Of a stretch of 47,937 nt of DNA, positions 1-9,623 are shown piece after piece. The first letter of the stretch is position 1. The number at the start of each line of letters is the position of its first letter. Position numbers and translations under genes: made by a program. The DNA lies in contig JAWWBH010000001.1 in NCBI GenBank assembly GCA_033721075.1, positions 1-47,937 on the forward strand. Reading direction: 5' to 3'. Origin of the DNA: Christiangramia sp. Its GTDB lineage: Bacteria; Bacteroidota; Bacteroidia; Flavobacteriales; Flavobacteriaceae. The notes under the pieces were generated by a model. The model did not search any database. It had not been told where the DNA came from and was given only the letters and a program-made list of their open reading frames with translations.

Positions 1-398
1 AAACTTAATACAACTGCAAGAAGACCAGAAAATGTAACCAGTGAAGCCCTGAAACCATATACTGATAAATATGAAACTCCGAACATCATTATCAATAACA
101 TTGGAATTACCGTCCATAAAGAACTACTCGCATAACCTGCGATCAAAAAGGAAAGACTTCCCAGTAAGGTCGCAAATAGAATTCCGAGAACCTTATGTTT
201 AAAACTGCCGGGGACATCACTTGGAGAAGACAAAAGACAGCCCATAGCAAGACTTATCCCTATCTCAAGATTTCCGGAGCTGGAAAAAATAGCGATAGGC
301 AGAACTATGGCAATAGTAAGTACAATTGCCTTTGAAAAGTCGGTACTCCTCAGGAACTTTCTAAAGTCGTTCTTATATTGTTTAAGTTTTTCGGTCAA
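1..398 (-). CDS. FUSC/YccS-family inner membrane protein (5' part; runs off the window)
   Basis: Manual translation from TTG at 398: MTEKLKQYKNDFRKFLRSTDFSKAIVLTIAIVLPIAIFSSSGNLEIGISLAMGCLLSSPSDVPGSFKHKVLGILFATLL...YGFRASLVTFSGLLAVVLS. Hydrophobic helices and the SPSDxPG motif fit the FUSC-like N-terminus. Not in the ORF track. Confidence 0.75.
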   Translation of the reverse strand, partial: MTEKLKQYKNDFRKFLRSTDFSKAIVLTIAIVLPIAIFSSSGNLEIGISLAMGCLLSSPSDVPGSFKHKVLGILFATLLGSLSFLIAGYASSSLWTVIPMLLIMMFGVSYLSVYGFRASLVTFSGLLAVVLS

Positions 399-543
399 TT
401 GTCCCAGTTTAAAATCGTGAAATTACAGGATTAGCTTTAATATGCTCAAAGATTAATTCAAATATCAGGATTTAAGGAGAAATTGGCATATGTTATTTGT
501 TGAAAGCTATATTTCACAGTAATTTCAAAAGAAAAATTTAAAA

Positions 544-1539
544 ATGAACGAGCAGATTATACTTAAAAGCAGGCCAAAAGGAAAACCTTCAGAAGATAAT
601 TTCGAGTTCCGGGAAATTGAAACAGAAAAACCAAAAGCGGGAGAGGTGCTTCTGGAGAGCAAATATATTTCTGTAGATCCCTATTTAAGAGGAAGAATGC
701 GAGATGAGGAATCCTACATAGAACCTTTTAAGGTAGGAGAACCAATAGAATCAATGATCGTGGCAGAGGTTACTGAATCCAGGAATCCGAATTATTCTGA
801 GGGCGACCATGTAATTGGAATGCTGGACTGGAAGAAACTCCAGATCCATACAGGAGAGAATATAAGAAAGATAGATAAATCCCTTGCTCCTCTTTCAGCT
901 TATCTTGGAGTTTTAGGTCTTACCGGTCTAACGGCGTATCTGGCTCTTGATAAAATTGGTGATCTAAGCTCAGGAGAAACATTACTGGTCTCTGGCGCAG
1001 CAGGTGCAGTGGGAAGCATTGTTGGCCAGATAGGAAAAATTAAAAAGTGCAGGGTGGTAGGTATCGCAGGTAGCGATGAAAAAATAGACCATATCAGGGA
1101 TAAATTCGGTTTTGATGCAGGCATTAATTATAAAGATACCAGGGATATGAAAAAAGCTATAGCGGAAGTATGCCCCGATGGGGTTGATGTCTATTTTGAT
1201 AATGTTGGCGGAGAAATCCTGGATGCCGCGTTACAGAATATTAATAAGGCTGCCCGTATCATCAATTGCGGAGCTATTTCGATCTATAATTCAACCGAAG
1301 TACCTATGGGACCAAGACCTGAAGGAATTCTGATAAAGAAATCGGCATTGATGCAGGGTTTCCTGGTTCGTGACCATATTAAGGATTATGAAAGCGCCAT
1401 CCAGGAACTGGCAATGTGGTTAAAAGAAGGGAAATTGAGTTATGATGAGACCATAATCGAAGGATTCGATAAAACGCCTAAAGCCTTCATTCAGCTTTTT
1501 GAAGGTCGGAATATTGGTAAAATGCTTGTAAAAGTTTAA
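544..1539 (+). CDS. NADP-dependent oxidoreductase, MDR family (CurA/YncB, prostaglandin reductase-like)
   Basis: SVDPYLRGRM, VSGAAGAVGSIVGQIGK, GVDVYFDNVGG, CGAISIYN, G-N-GK C-terminus. Confidence 0.92.
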   Translation: MNEQIILKSRPKGKPSEDNFEFREIETEKPKAGEVLLESKYISVDPYLRGRMRDEESYIEPFKVGEPIESMIVAEVTESRNPNYSEGDHVIGMLDWKKLQIHTGENIRKIDKSLAPLSAYLGVLGLTGLTAYLALDKIGDLSSGETLLVSGAAGAVGSIVGQIGKIKKCRVVGIAGSDEKIDHIRDKFGFDAGINYKDTRDMKKAIAEVCPDGVDVYFDNVGGEILDAALQNINKAARIINCGAISIYNSTEVPMGPRPEGILIKKSALMQGFLVRDHIKDYESAIQELAMWLKEGKLSYDETIIEGFDKTPKAFIQLFEGRNIGKMLVKV

Positions 1540-1544
1540 ACAAA

Positions 1545-1571
1545 AAAGGTCCGGTGTTTTTCCGGACCTTT
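1545..1571. terminator. Bidirectional intrinsic terminator
   Basis: AAAGGTCCGG-N7-CCGGACCTTT between convergent genes. Confidence 0.8.
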
Positions 1572-1602
1572 AAATAATTATTACCACTGTGTATTATCCA
1601 AA

Positions 1603-2352
1603 TTATTGAGCCTGCTCGGTAGGCATGATATAAACATCATTGATATTGGCTCTTTTAGGCTGAGAAAGCGTATAAAATATAGATTCAGCTATATCTTCAG
1701 CCTGGAGCGGGGTCATATCCTCAAAATTTGAAAGCAACCCTTCTTTTATCTCCTCATCTGTGATAGTCTGGGTTAATTCGGTTTCAACAAAACCAGGCTC
1801 GATAGAGGTTATATTGATATTAAAATTAGGAGCGAGTTCCTGTCTCAGTCCTTCGGAAAACATTTTAACCGCCGCTTTGGTCGCGCAGTAAACGGCACCA
1901 CCGGGATAGATCTTTCGGCCAGCACTGGAAGAAATATTGATGATATTACCGCTTTTCTGTTCCATCATAGTAGGCAAAACGGCAGATACTCCGTTGAGGA
2001 CACCCTTAATATTTACATCAACCATTTTATCCCATTCATCGGTATGCAGATTCTTCACATATGAAAGAGGCATTAGGCCGGCATTGTTTATTAACCCGTC
2101 AATACTTTCAAATTCACTTTTGGTCTTTTCCACGACATTCCTGAAATCTTCCTTTTTAGTAACATCGCCAGGCACTACCAGGGCTTTTCCTGCATTTTCC
2201 TTATCTATCTTCGATTTAAGTTCCTTCAGCCTTTCCTCTCTTCTTGCCGTTAACACCACATTAGCCCCTTCTTTAGCCAGTTTTAGAGCGGTTGCCTCTC
2301 CAATTCCACTTGAAGCTCCTGTGATAATAATGGTTTTTCCTTGAATACTCAT
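1603..2352 (-). CDS. SDR family oxidoreductase (YdfG-like)
   Basis: TGASSGIG, NNAG, YCATK catalytic motif, IEPGFVETE. Confidence 0.92.
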   Translation of the reverse strand: MSIQGKTIIITGASSGIGEATALKLAKEGANVVLTARREERLKELKSKIDKENAGKALVVPGDVTKKEDFRNVVEKTKSEFESIDGLINNAGLMPLSYVKNLHTDEWDKMVDVNIKGVLNGVSAVLPTMMEQKSGNIINISSSAGRKIYPGGAVYCATKAAVKMFSEGLRQELAPNFNINITSIEPGFVETELTQTITDEEIKEGLLSNFEDMTPLQAEDIAESIFYTLSQPKRANINDVYIMPTEQAQ

Positions 2353-2480
2353 ATCATTTTTGTTTTCGATTCTTTCAAAAATACTTCATGACGAGCCAAA
2401 AAACTGAGCAATATCGAGCTTTGTACTGATTTTAACCCCTTTGACACATCTCTGTTAATTTTTTAAATATTGTCTAAGTA

Positions 2481-2507
2481 AAAAACCGGATCTGATAGGA
2501 TCCGGTT
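2481..2507 (-). terminator. Intrinsic terminator of the upstream SDR gene
   Basis: AACCGGATC-N6-GATCCGGTT with a T-tract on the minus strand, just after the stop at 2529. Confidence 0.75.
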
Positions 2508-2528
2508 CACATTAAAAGATTCAAATTT

Positions 2529-3239
2529 TTATTTTTTAGGAGGTCTGGAAGGCCTTACTTCTATCTTACTTGGTAAAGTACGTGGGTTCATTTTAAGCAG
2601 GTCTCCTACCAGCTCTCCAATATCTTCGATCTGGATCTTCCAGGCATCTTCCTCTGAAGGTTCATTGTCATTAAAATATGTTGCAACTGAACCTGGCATA
2701 ATGGTACTCACCTTTACACCTTTATCCCTGAGATCCAGCATTACGGCCTGGGTGAATCCGGTAAGACCAAACTTACTGGCATTATATGCCGCACCACCAG
2801 CGAAGAAATTTGTTCCGGCCAGACTGGAAATAGTGATAATATATCCTTCAGATTCCTTAAGGGCATCAACGCATGCCTTGATACTGTAAAACACTCCTGT
2901 AAGATTGGTGTCTATGGTCTCTTTCCACTGATCTATAGTAAGGTCTTCAACTGAACCAAAATTGCCAATTCCCGCATTAGCAACTAGTACGTCCAGTCTT
3001 TTCCATTTATCAAGTAATTCCTTTACCGCTTTCTTCTGGCTTTCAAAACTACGTACATCAGCCTCCAGGCCAATGATCTCCCCATAATCTGAAAGCTTGT
3101 CGGCTGCTTTCTGGGCTGCAGCAATTGACCTGCTGGTCACCGCTACCTTATAACCCATTTTTAATAAGGATTTCGCTACACCGTAACCTATACCTTTACT
3201 TCCTCCGGTTACCAGAGCTGTTTTATTTTCATTGCTCAT
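2529..3239 (-). CDS. SDR family oxidoreductase (3-ketoacyl-ACP reductase-like)
   Basis: TGGSKGIG, ANAG, YNASK. Confidence 0.92.
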   Translation of the reverse strand: MSNENKTALVTGGSKGIGYGVAKSLLKMGYKVAVTSRSIAAAQKAADKLSDYGEIIGLEADVRSFESQKKAVKELLDKWKRLDVLVANAGIGNFGSVEDLTIDQWKETIDTNLTGVFYSIKACVDALKESEGYIITISSLAGTNFFAGGAAYNASKFGLTGFTQAVMLDLRDKGVKVSTIMPGSVATYFNDNEPSEEDAWKIQIEDIGELVGDLLKMNPRTLPSKIEVRPSRPPKK

Positions 3240-3374
3240 AATTGATTTTTTGATATTTAAAGCTACTAAAGACGCTTATTGTGCTGAAATTAAAAGCTCT
3301 AAGATTCTGTTAATTTTAAAGGTTAAATACTTTATAAAAGCGGGTAAAAATCTTTTATAGAATCCTAAAAAAAC

Positions 3375-3382
3375 TAACTTTG
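3375..3382 (+). promoter_or_regulatory. Bacteroidota -7 promoter element (TAACTTTG)
   Basis: Matches TAnnTTTG, about 75 nt upstream of the CDS at 3456. Confidence 0.55.
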
Positions 3383-3455
3383 TCTTCGTAAAAATTAAAG
3401 CTGTTCGTAATTGTAGTAGCGAATATTAGCACTGACCTAATTTAACAGAGATACC

Positions 3456-3833
3456 TTGGAAAATATAAAAGCACAGAAGCTATTAAATAAGATACAGCGC
3501 GACCTAATGCGCAATGGTATAATCATCAATACTCTTGTTGAAGATCTCAAAGATCTGAGAAAACTTGTTGTTGAAGAAAATATTCCCTTGCTGGCCAAAG
3601 TTATCAGGTTAACTTATGAGCATATTGATGAGAATAAAAACTTTTTAATAGCCATTCCTGAAGATGAACCATTGGAAGGGGAAACTGAAACTGAAGTAGC
3701 CGAAGAGGTTACGGGACAGGAAAGTTTAGAATATATGTTTTCCCTTATGGCCGACCATTCAAATAAACTTAATGAAATGGAACTTCGGGAGTATGTAAAG
3801 GCATTAAAAGAATATTCCGGAGAAGGCTACTAG
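3456..3833 (+). CDS. Hypothetical protein (acidic, probably helical)
   Basis: 125-aa ORF with TTG start, protein-like composition, upstream promoter element. Confidence 0.7.
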   Translation: MENIKAQKLLNKIQRDLMRNGIIINTLVEDLKDLRKLVVEENIPLLAKVIRLTYEHIDENKNFLIAIPEDEPLEGETETEVAEEVTGQESLEYMFSLMADHSNKLNEMELREYVKALKEYSGEGY

Positions 3834-3907
3834 GTAGATTTCCCGGTTTATATCTACCCTACTGCAACCGAAGGACTTCTGAAATTGCTATAAAGAATTT
3901 AAAATTA

Positions 3908-4525
3908 ATGAAAGAGAAAGCGAAATCTAAAAAGAAGTCGCGAATCCGTTTGTTGCACCAATATTACCATTATACAGGTTTCTATTCCTTTGTATGGAAA
4001 AGTTTAAAAAAAGCTGTATTACCTATTTTAATATTTATTGGAGCATTATGGGCTATAGATCAGTATCTTCTTGATATTGAAGATATGCTGGTGACCATTA
4101 CGGAAACCTATGCTCCATTTGAAGTCCTTGGTATTTTCTTTTTATCTGAATCGCTTTTAGGACTGGTTCCACCAGAGTTGTTTATCGCCTGGGCAGGAAA
4201 GTCAGTAAGCCCCTTTTTATATTTGACGCTGCTTGCCACCGCTTCTTATCTTGGGGGTGTGGTCTCCTATTTCATGGGAATAGGTATTACTAAAATACCT
4301 TCGGTGCATAGAGCCCTGGAATTCAAATTGGCCAAACATATCAAGAATACCAGGAAATGGGGAGGCTTCCTTATAGTAGTTGGTGCTCTTCTACCCATAC
4401 CTTTTGCAGTTACCAGTATCGCCGCGGGTATTATCAGGTTCCCATTTTCCAGCTATCTTATCTTCGGGATGCTTAGATATGTTAGATTCTATTTATATTC
4501 CCTCGTAATTTTCGAAATGGTTTAA
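3908..4525 (+). CDS. YqaA/DedA (VTT domain) family membrane protein
   Basis: ESLLGLVPPELF, GALLPIPF...AG, conserved G-R-xRF C-terminal segment. Confidence 0.8.
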   Translation: MKEKAKSKKKSRIRLLHQYYHYTGFYSFVWKSLKKAVLPILIFIGALWAIDQYLLDIEDMLVTITETYAPFEVLGIFFLSESLLGLVPPELFIAWAGKSVSPFLYLTLLATASYLGGVVSYFMGIGITKIPSVHRALEFKLAKHIKNTRKWGGFLIVVGALLPIPFAVTSIAAGIIRFPFSSYLIFGMLRYVRFYLYSLVIFEMV

Positions 4526-4618
4526 CTATTTAAATCCATAATTTTTAAACTTTTCATAAGGCTTAAGGTTAAAAGCAGTTTATATTCTATCTTGGTTTGA
4601 CCAACCAAAATTCCTTAT

Positions 4619-5398
4619 ATGGATTTTAAAATCCAGAAAATGGCACGCGCCGGTTACACAGCAAAAGGTACCGTTTATGCTATTACCGGAGTGCTTACTT
4701 TTTTAGCCGCATCCAATATGGGTGGCAAGCAATCCGGAAAAACAGAGGTAATTGAATTTTTACAGAAACAGGCCTTTGGGAATGTGATACTTATTCTATT
4801 AGCTGTTGGTTTTCTTTGTTATGTTGGTTGGAGATTTGTTCAGGCTTTTCTGGATCCTGAGAATATTGGCAATAATGACAAAGGAATACTGCAGAGAATA
4901 GGTTTTTTTATTAGTGGTCTTATATACCTTTCGCTTGCCAGTATTACCATTAAAAAACTAATCGACGCAGGCTCATCGAGTGATGAGGAAATGGCATTCG
5001 CTTTTTTATCAGGAAAATTCGGAGTATTCGTATTTGTGGTTGCAGGACTTTCTTTAGCAGGAAAAAGCATCTACCAGTTTAGGAAAGCATATTTAGGAAA
5101 CTTTCTTAAAAAATTTAAATATAAATCTGTAAAGGACCATAAAAGAAGGATGGTCATTAAAAATACGGCATACCTGGGAGTCGTTTCACGAGGTATTGTC
5201 TTTGGTGTACTGGCTTTTATTTTTCTTAGAGCAGCATATTATTCTAACACCACTGAAATCAAGGATACGAATGATGCTTTTTCATTTTTAAGGGATTCAG
5301 CCTATGGAGCATGGTTAATGGGAATAGTGGCTGCCGGGTTCGTATGTTATGGCATCTTTATGTTTGCAACTGCCAAATATAGGATTTTCAATGTTTAA
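4619..5398 (+). CDS. DUF1206 domain membrane protein
   Basis: Three repeated units such as ARAGYTAKGTVY, RIGFFISGLIY and LGVVSRGIVF with TM helices. Confidence 0.8.
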   Translation: MDFKIQKMARAGYTAKGTVYAITGVLTFLAASNMGGKQSGKTEVIEFLQKQAFGNVILILLAVGFLCYVGWRFVQAFLDPENIGNNDKGILQRIGFFISGLIYLSLASITIKKLIDAGSSSDEEMAFAFLSGKFGVFVFVVAGLSLAGKSIYQFRKAYLGNFLKKFKYKSVKDHKRRMVIKNTAYLGVVSRGIVFGVLAFIFLRAAYYSNTTEIKDTNDAFSFLRDSAYGAWLMGIVAAGFVCYGIFMFATAKYRIFNV

Positions 5399-5417
5399 CT
5401 AATTAAAACCAATATAT

Positions 5418-5576
5418 ATGTCTTTATTAACCATTATTTTAAATATTCTATTACCCCCACTAGCGGTATTTCTGAAACATGGACTTGGAGTGACCTTTTT
5501 AATAAGTCTTCTGTTAACCGCATTGGGATGGATTCCTGGCGTTATTCATGCTTTCCTGGTGAATGGAACCAGGTAA
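5418..5576 (+). CDS. YqaE/Pmp3 family small membrane protein (52 aa)
   Basis: Manual translation MSLLTIILNILLPPLAVFLKHGLGVTFLISLLLTALGWIPGVIHAFLVNGTR*. Carries the LLPPLAV and WIPGVIHA Pmp3 signatures. Below the ORF-track cutoff. Confidence 0.92.
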   Translation: MSLLTIILNILLPPLAVFLKHGLGVTFLISLLLTALGWIPGVIHAFLVNGTR

Positions 5577-5585
5577 AAATAAAAA

Positions 5586-5719
5586 AATAAGTAGTCTCAA
5601 AACTGCCAAATTGGTCAAGCTGAACTTGTTTCAGCTTCATATTAACATCAGCTTTAAACATGTTAAGATCCTGAAATTAATTCAGGATGACGATCCAAAG
5701 AGTTTTGAGACTGCTTATT
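5586..5719. repeat. Nested inverted-repeat element (REP doublet / REPIN- or MITE-like)
   Basis: 19-bp terminal IR (AATAAGTAGTCTCAAAACT ... AGTTTTGAGACTGCTTATT, 1 mismatch) enclosing two related palindromic units in opposite orientation, 5614-5638 and 5666-5691. Confidence 0.75.
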
Positions 5720-5733
5720 ATTTGGAATATGAA

Positions 5734-6777
5734 TTAGTTGTCTTCCTCCTCTCTCTTCTGAACAACCTTCTGCCATTTCCAGGCACTTTTCAGCGCCTCA
5801 TCAAGTGAGCGACTTGCTTTCCATTTAAGCTCTTCGTTGGCCTTTGTAGTGTCGGCATAAGCCGCAGTAATATCACCTTCCCTTCTACCCACTATCTTAT
5901 AGGCTAACTTTTCACCTGTAACTTTTTCAAAAGATTTCACTACTTCCAATACCGAATTTCCTTTTCCGGTTCCTAAATTGAAAACTTCATAATTCTTCTT
6001 TTCCTTATCATCCAGAAGTCTCTTCAATGCATGAACATGAGCTTCAGCAAGGTCCATAACATGGATATAATCCCTAATAGCTGTTCCATCTGGAGTTGGA
6101 TAATCATCTCCAAAAACAGATAATTCCTCTCTTTTACCTATCGCGGTTTGGGTGATGAATGGAACAAGGTTTTGAGGTACCCCAATGGGCAGTTCACCAA
6201 TTTCGGCGGTAGGATGAGCCCCAATGGGATTAAAATATCTAAGTGAAATGGCCTTGAATCCAGGTTTTGTCTTACAGGTGTCCTCGATAATTTCCTCTCC
6301 TATCTGTTTGGTGTTTCCATAAGGTGATTCGGCTTTTTTCACCTGGGCATCTTCAGTAATAGGCAGTTCATCAGCCTGGCCATATACGGTGCACGAAGAA
6401 CTGAAAATAAAATTAGCATTGTCCTTTTTGTAAAGTTCCTGAAGCAAATATACCAAGCTAGAAATATTGTTCTCGTAATACAGCAAAGGTTTATTTACGC
6501 TTTCTCCCACTGCCTTTGATGCAGCAAAATGAATAACCCCTTCAATATCCGGATTTTTTTCAAAGAAATCTTTCACTGCAGATTTTTCCCGCAGATCTAT
6601 GTTTTTAAATTGTGGGGTCTTCCCGGTGATCTGGGTGATCCCACCCAGCACATCAATAGAAGAATTAGACAGATTATCTATAATTACTACTTCATATCCA
6701 TCCTCCTGAAGTGCAACAACAGTATGTGAGCCTATAAAGCCAAGCCCACCTGTTACCAATACTTTTTTCTTGCTCAT
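5734..6777 (-). CDS. galE: UDP-glucose 4-epimerase
   Basis: TGGLGFIGSHT, HFAASKAVGES, FSSSCTVYG, YGNTK, LRYFNPIGAH, RDYIHVMDLAEAH. Confidence 0.96.
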   Translation of the reverse strand: MSKKKVLVTGGLGFIGSHTVVALQEDGYEVVIIDNLSNSSIDVLGGITQITGKTPQFKNIDLREKSAVKDFFEKNPDIEGVIHFAASKAVGESVNKPLLYYENNISSLVYLLQELYKKDNANFIFSSSCTVYGQADELPITEDAQVKKAESPYGNTKQIGEEIIEDTCKTKPGFKAISLRYFNPIGAHPTAEIGELPIGVPQNLVPFITQTAIGKREELSVFGDDYPTPDGTAIRDYIHVMDLAEAHVHALKRLLDDKEKKNYEVFNLGTGKGNSVLEVVKSFEKVTGEKLAYKIVGRREGDITAAYADTTKANEELKWKASRSLDEALKSAWKWQKVVQKREEEDN

Positions 6778-6891
6778 GATTTAATTTTTCAGCTGCAAAT
6801 TAAGGAAAAACCGATGATACTAAAATATTATTCATGTATTTTTTACGTTTATTCATTTGCTAGCTACTGTATGTCAAGTCGGTTTAATGAT

Positions 6892-6899
6892 TATCTTTG
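6892..6899 (+). promoter_or_regulatory. Bacteroidota -7 promoter element (TATCTTTG)
   Basis: TAnnTTTG 20 nt before the ATG at 6920. Confidence 0.6.
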
Positions 6900-6919
6900 A
6901 ACCAGAATTTTTTTGAAGC

Positions 6920-7204
6920 ATGACAGCAACACGGAGAAAACGATTATTTAAGTGGATTAGTCTTTTGGAAGGATTATCTTTTTTACTATTATTATTCATC
7001 GCAATGCCGCTGAAGTATTTTTTTGAAATGCCCCAAATGGTATCTCATGTTGGTATGGCACATGGTATACTTTTTATTGCATATATCGCTCTGGCACTGT
7101 TACTGGTAAGGCCAATGGAATGGAACTTAAAACAAACAGCATTAATTATGGGATGCTCTCTGGTTCCTTTCGGCCCCTTTTATGTTGAAAAGAAATATCT
7201 TTAA
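6920..7204 (+). CDS. DUF3817 domain small membrane protein
   Basis: LEGLSFLLLLFIAMPLKY, GMAHGILFIAY, SLVPFGPF. Confidence 0.85.
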   Translation: MTATRRKRLFKWISLLEGLSFLLLLFIAMPLKYFFEMPQMVSHVGMAHGILFIAYIALALLLVRPMEWNLKQTALIMGCSLVPFGPFYVEKKYL

Positions 7205-7207
7205 TAC

Positions 7208-8497
7208 ATGAATATAAAGGAAGGATTAAAAGATCTTATCTGTTTTTTTGAAGAATTCCTAATAGCACAGGGAATGCACCAGGGGCTGGCCATGTATCTG
7301 AACCTCCTTTTAAACCTGGTGGTATTAACCCTGATTGTATTGGGGTTGAATTATTTGATCAAAAACTTCATTATTGAAGCTTTTAAGGTCTTCACCAATA
7401 AGACCAAGACCACCCTGGATGATTTTCTTATCAAGAGTAATTTTCCAAGATATGTAGGGCGTTTTATACCCTTATTTGTTGTATACGAGGCTTTTCCGCT
7501 GATCTTTTCCACGTTTCCTGAAGTGCTGGAAATTTTCTATAAACTGGTCGACATATATGTAATCATTCTCATTGTCTGGATTTGCAGAAGTGTTTTAAGG
7601 TCTACAAGGAACTATCTTAAAACCAGGGAAGAGTTCAACGATAAGCCTCTGGAGAGTTTCAGCCAGATCATCATGATCTTTATCTGGATCATAGGATTAA
7701 TGTTCATTTTTGCAGAATTAACCGGAAAATCGGTCTTAGGATTCGCCATTTCATTAGGTGCTGCTTCAGCAGTCATCTTACTTATATTCAAGGATACCAT
7801 TCTTGGTCTGGTCGCTTCCATCCAGGTTTCTGTTAATGATATTGTGCGTATTGGAGACTGGATCACTTTTGAAAAGTTTGGAGCAGATGGAACAGTAACC
7901 GAAATCAATCTGGCAACAGTAAAGGTTCAGAACTGGGACAATACATATACTACCATCCCTACCTACAGCCTAATTTCAGATTCCTTTCAGAACTGGAGGG
8001 GAATGCAGGAGTCTCCGGGCAGGCGTATCAAACGCTCTATTTTGATAAAACAGAACTCGGTGAAGTTTCTTAATCAGCCGGATATTGAAAAGTTCAAAAA
8101 GATAAAACTAATCGCCCCCTATCTTGAAAATCGGCAGGCCGAAATTGATAAATTCAACGAGAGCAATAATATTGATAAGAGTCTTTTAATTAATGGCCGT
8201 AATCAAACCAACCTCGGTGTTTTTAGAAAATATATAGATTCCTATTTACATGAACATTCTGCGATCCATAAGGAAATGTACCTTATTGTAAGACATCTGG
8301 CGCCCACTGTTAACGGGATTCCATTAGAGATACTTTGCTTTAGCAGGGATAAAAGATGGGAAAATTTTGAATATATTGCTGCAGACATATTTGATCATGT
8401 TATAGCAGCCGTTCCCTATTTTGATCTTAAACTATTTGAAGCTCCATCGGGTGATGACATTCATAGATTTTTGGAAAAAAAGGAGGCATCTGAATAA
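7208..8497 (+). CDS. MscS-family mechanosensitive channel (YbdG-like)
   Basis: FKDTILGLVASIQ, RIGDWI, ADGTVTEINLATVKVQNWDNT, FQNWRGMQESPGRRIKRS, TNLGVFR. Confidence 0.92.
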   Translation: MNIKEGLKDLICFFEEFLIAQGMHQGLAMYLNLLLNLVVLTLIVLGLNYLIKNFIIEAFKVFTNKTKTTLDDFLIKSNFPRYVGRFIPLFVVYEAFPLIFSTFPEVLEIFYKLVDIYVIILIVWICRSVLRSTRNYLKTREEFNDKPLESFSQIIMIFIWIIGLMFIFAELTGKSVLGFAISLGAASAVILLIFKDTILGLVASIQVSVNDIVRIGDWITFEKFGADGTVTEINLATVKVQNWDNTYTTIPTYSLISDSFQNWRGMQESPGRRIKRSILIKQNSVKFLNQPDIEKFKKIKLIAPYLENRQAEIDKFNESNNIDKSLLINGRNQTNLGVFRKYIDSYLHEHSAIHKEMYLIVRHLAPTVNGIPLEILCFSRDKRWENFEYIAADIFDHVIAAVPYFDLKLFEAPSGDDIHRFLEKKEASE

Positions 8498-8515
8498 CCT
8501 AACCATACCAGATCT

Positions 8516-9607
8516 ATGAACTTAAAATCCTTTCTTCAGGGCTTCGGAATCCTTGCTGTAACCATAACTTTAGTTCCTCTTATTGCTGCCGACTTCTGGT
8601 GGATAAGAATCTTCGACTATCCTCATATAGAACTAACGCTTCTCACCCTTACTGCAATTGCAGCTTATTTCCTGAGATTTGAGATAAAGAACTGGCGGGA
8701 TTATGTTTTTATGACCGTACTGGTGGCTTGTTTTATATATCAGTTCGCTAAAATTTATCCTTATACCCCCTTCTCTCCTCTAGAAGTGAATGAACCCACG
8801 GAAAATGTTGATACTTCCACAGCCTTTACAATATTAACCTCTAATGTGCTTCAAAAAAATAAGATAAGTGATTCGCTAATTTCAGAAATGAAACGGGTGC
8901 AACCAGATATTGCTGTCTTTACCGAAACCAATACAAGGTGGAAAAATGAAATTAATCAAGGAATAGGAAAGGATTATCCATATAAGGTAGAAGTTCCGCT
9001 ACCTAATACCTATGGTATGCTGCTTTATTCCAAACTGGACCTTATAAACCCGCAGGTGAAATTTCTTGTGGATGACAGTATTCCTTCGATTCACACTCAA
9101 ATACAATTGAAGTCTGGAGACAGGATTCAACTGCATGCCATACACCCTACTCCACCAATGCCTCAACACAATCCTTCGTCTTCAGACAGGGATGCTGAAA
9201 TGATGAAGATAGCTTTACAGGCAAGAGATTCTCAATTACCCGTGCTTGTTATTGGTGATTTTAATGATGTGCCATGGTCACAAACTGTAGGCCTGTTCAA
9301 AAATGTAGGTGAACTTTTGGATGTTCGAATAGGACGAAGTTTCTACAATTCCTTTGATGCAACCAGTTTCATTATGAGATGGCCTTTGGATCATATATTT
9401 GTTTCTGAGGAATTCTCTGTAAAATCTATTTCGATTGGGTCCTTTATCGAATCTGATCATTTTCCCTATTATGCTGAACTTTTTCTGGAACCACGATTAG
9501 CAAATGAACAAAAACCAGATAAAGCCACAAAAAAACAGGTCGAGAAGGCCAGGAAGCAAATAAACGAAGAGGAAAAGGAAGACGCAGAGAAAGGCCAGAA
9601 CCACTAA
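8516..9607 (+). CDS. Endonuclease/exonuclease/phosphatase family protein with N-terminal membrane anchor
   Basis: SNVLQ, FTET, GDFNDVPWS, LDHIF, SDH motifs; three N-terminal TM segments. Confidence 0.88.
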   Translation: MNLKSFLQGFGILAVTITLVPLIAADFWWIRIFDYPHIELTLLTLTAIAAYFLRFEIKNWRDYVFMTVLVACFIYQFAKIYPYTPFSPLEVNEPTENVDTSTAFTILTSNVLQKNKISDSLISEMKRVQPDIAVFTETNTRWKNEINQGIGKDYPYKVEVPLPNTYGMLLYSKLDLINPQVKFLVDDSIPSIHTQIQLKSGDRIQLHAIHPTPPMPQHNPSSSDRDAEMMKIALQARDSQLPVLVIGDFNDVPWSQTVGLFKNVGELLDVRIGRSFYNSFDATSFIMRWPLDHIFVSEEFSVKSISIGSFIESDHFPYYAELFLEPRLANEQKPDKATKKQVEKARKQINEEEKEDAEKGQNH

Positions 9608-9623
9608 ATTCCCAACTATTAAC

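Noticed and set aside
5563-5808. 81-aa ORF on the + strand
   Set aside because: It runs through the palindromic repeat element and overlaps both the yqaE end and the galE end; probably a chance ORF.
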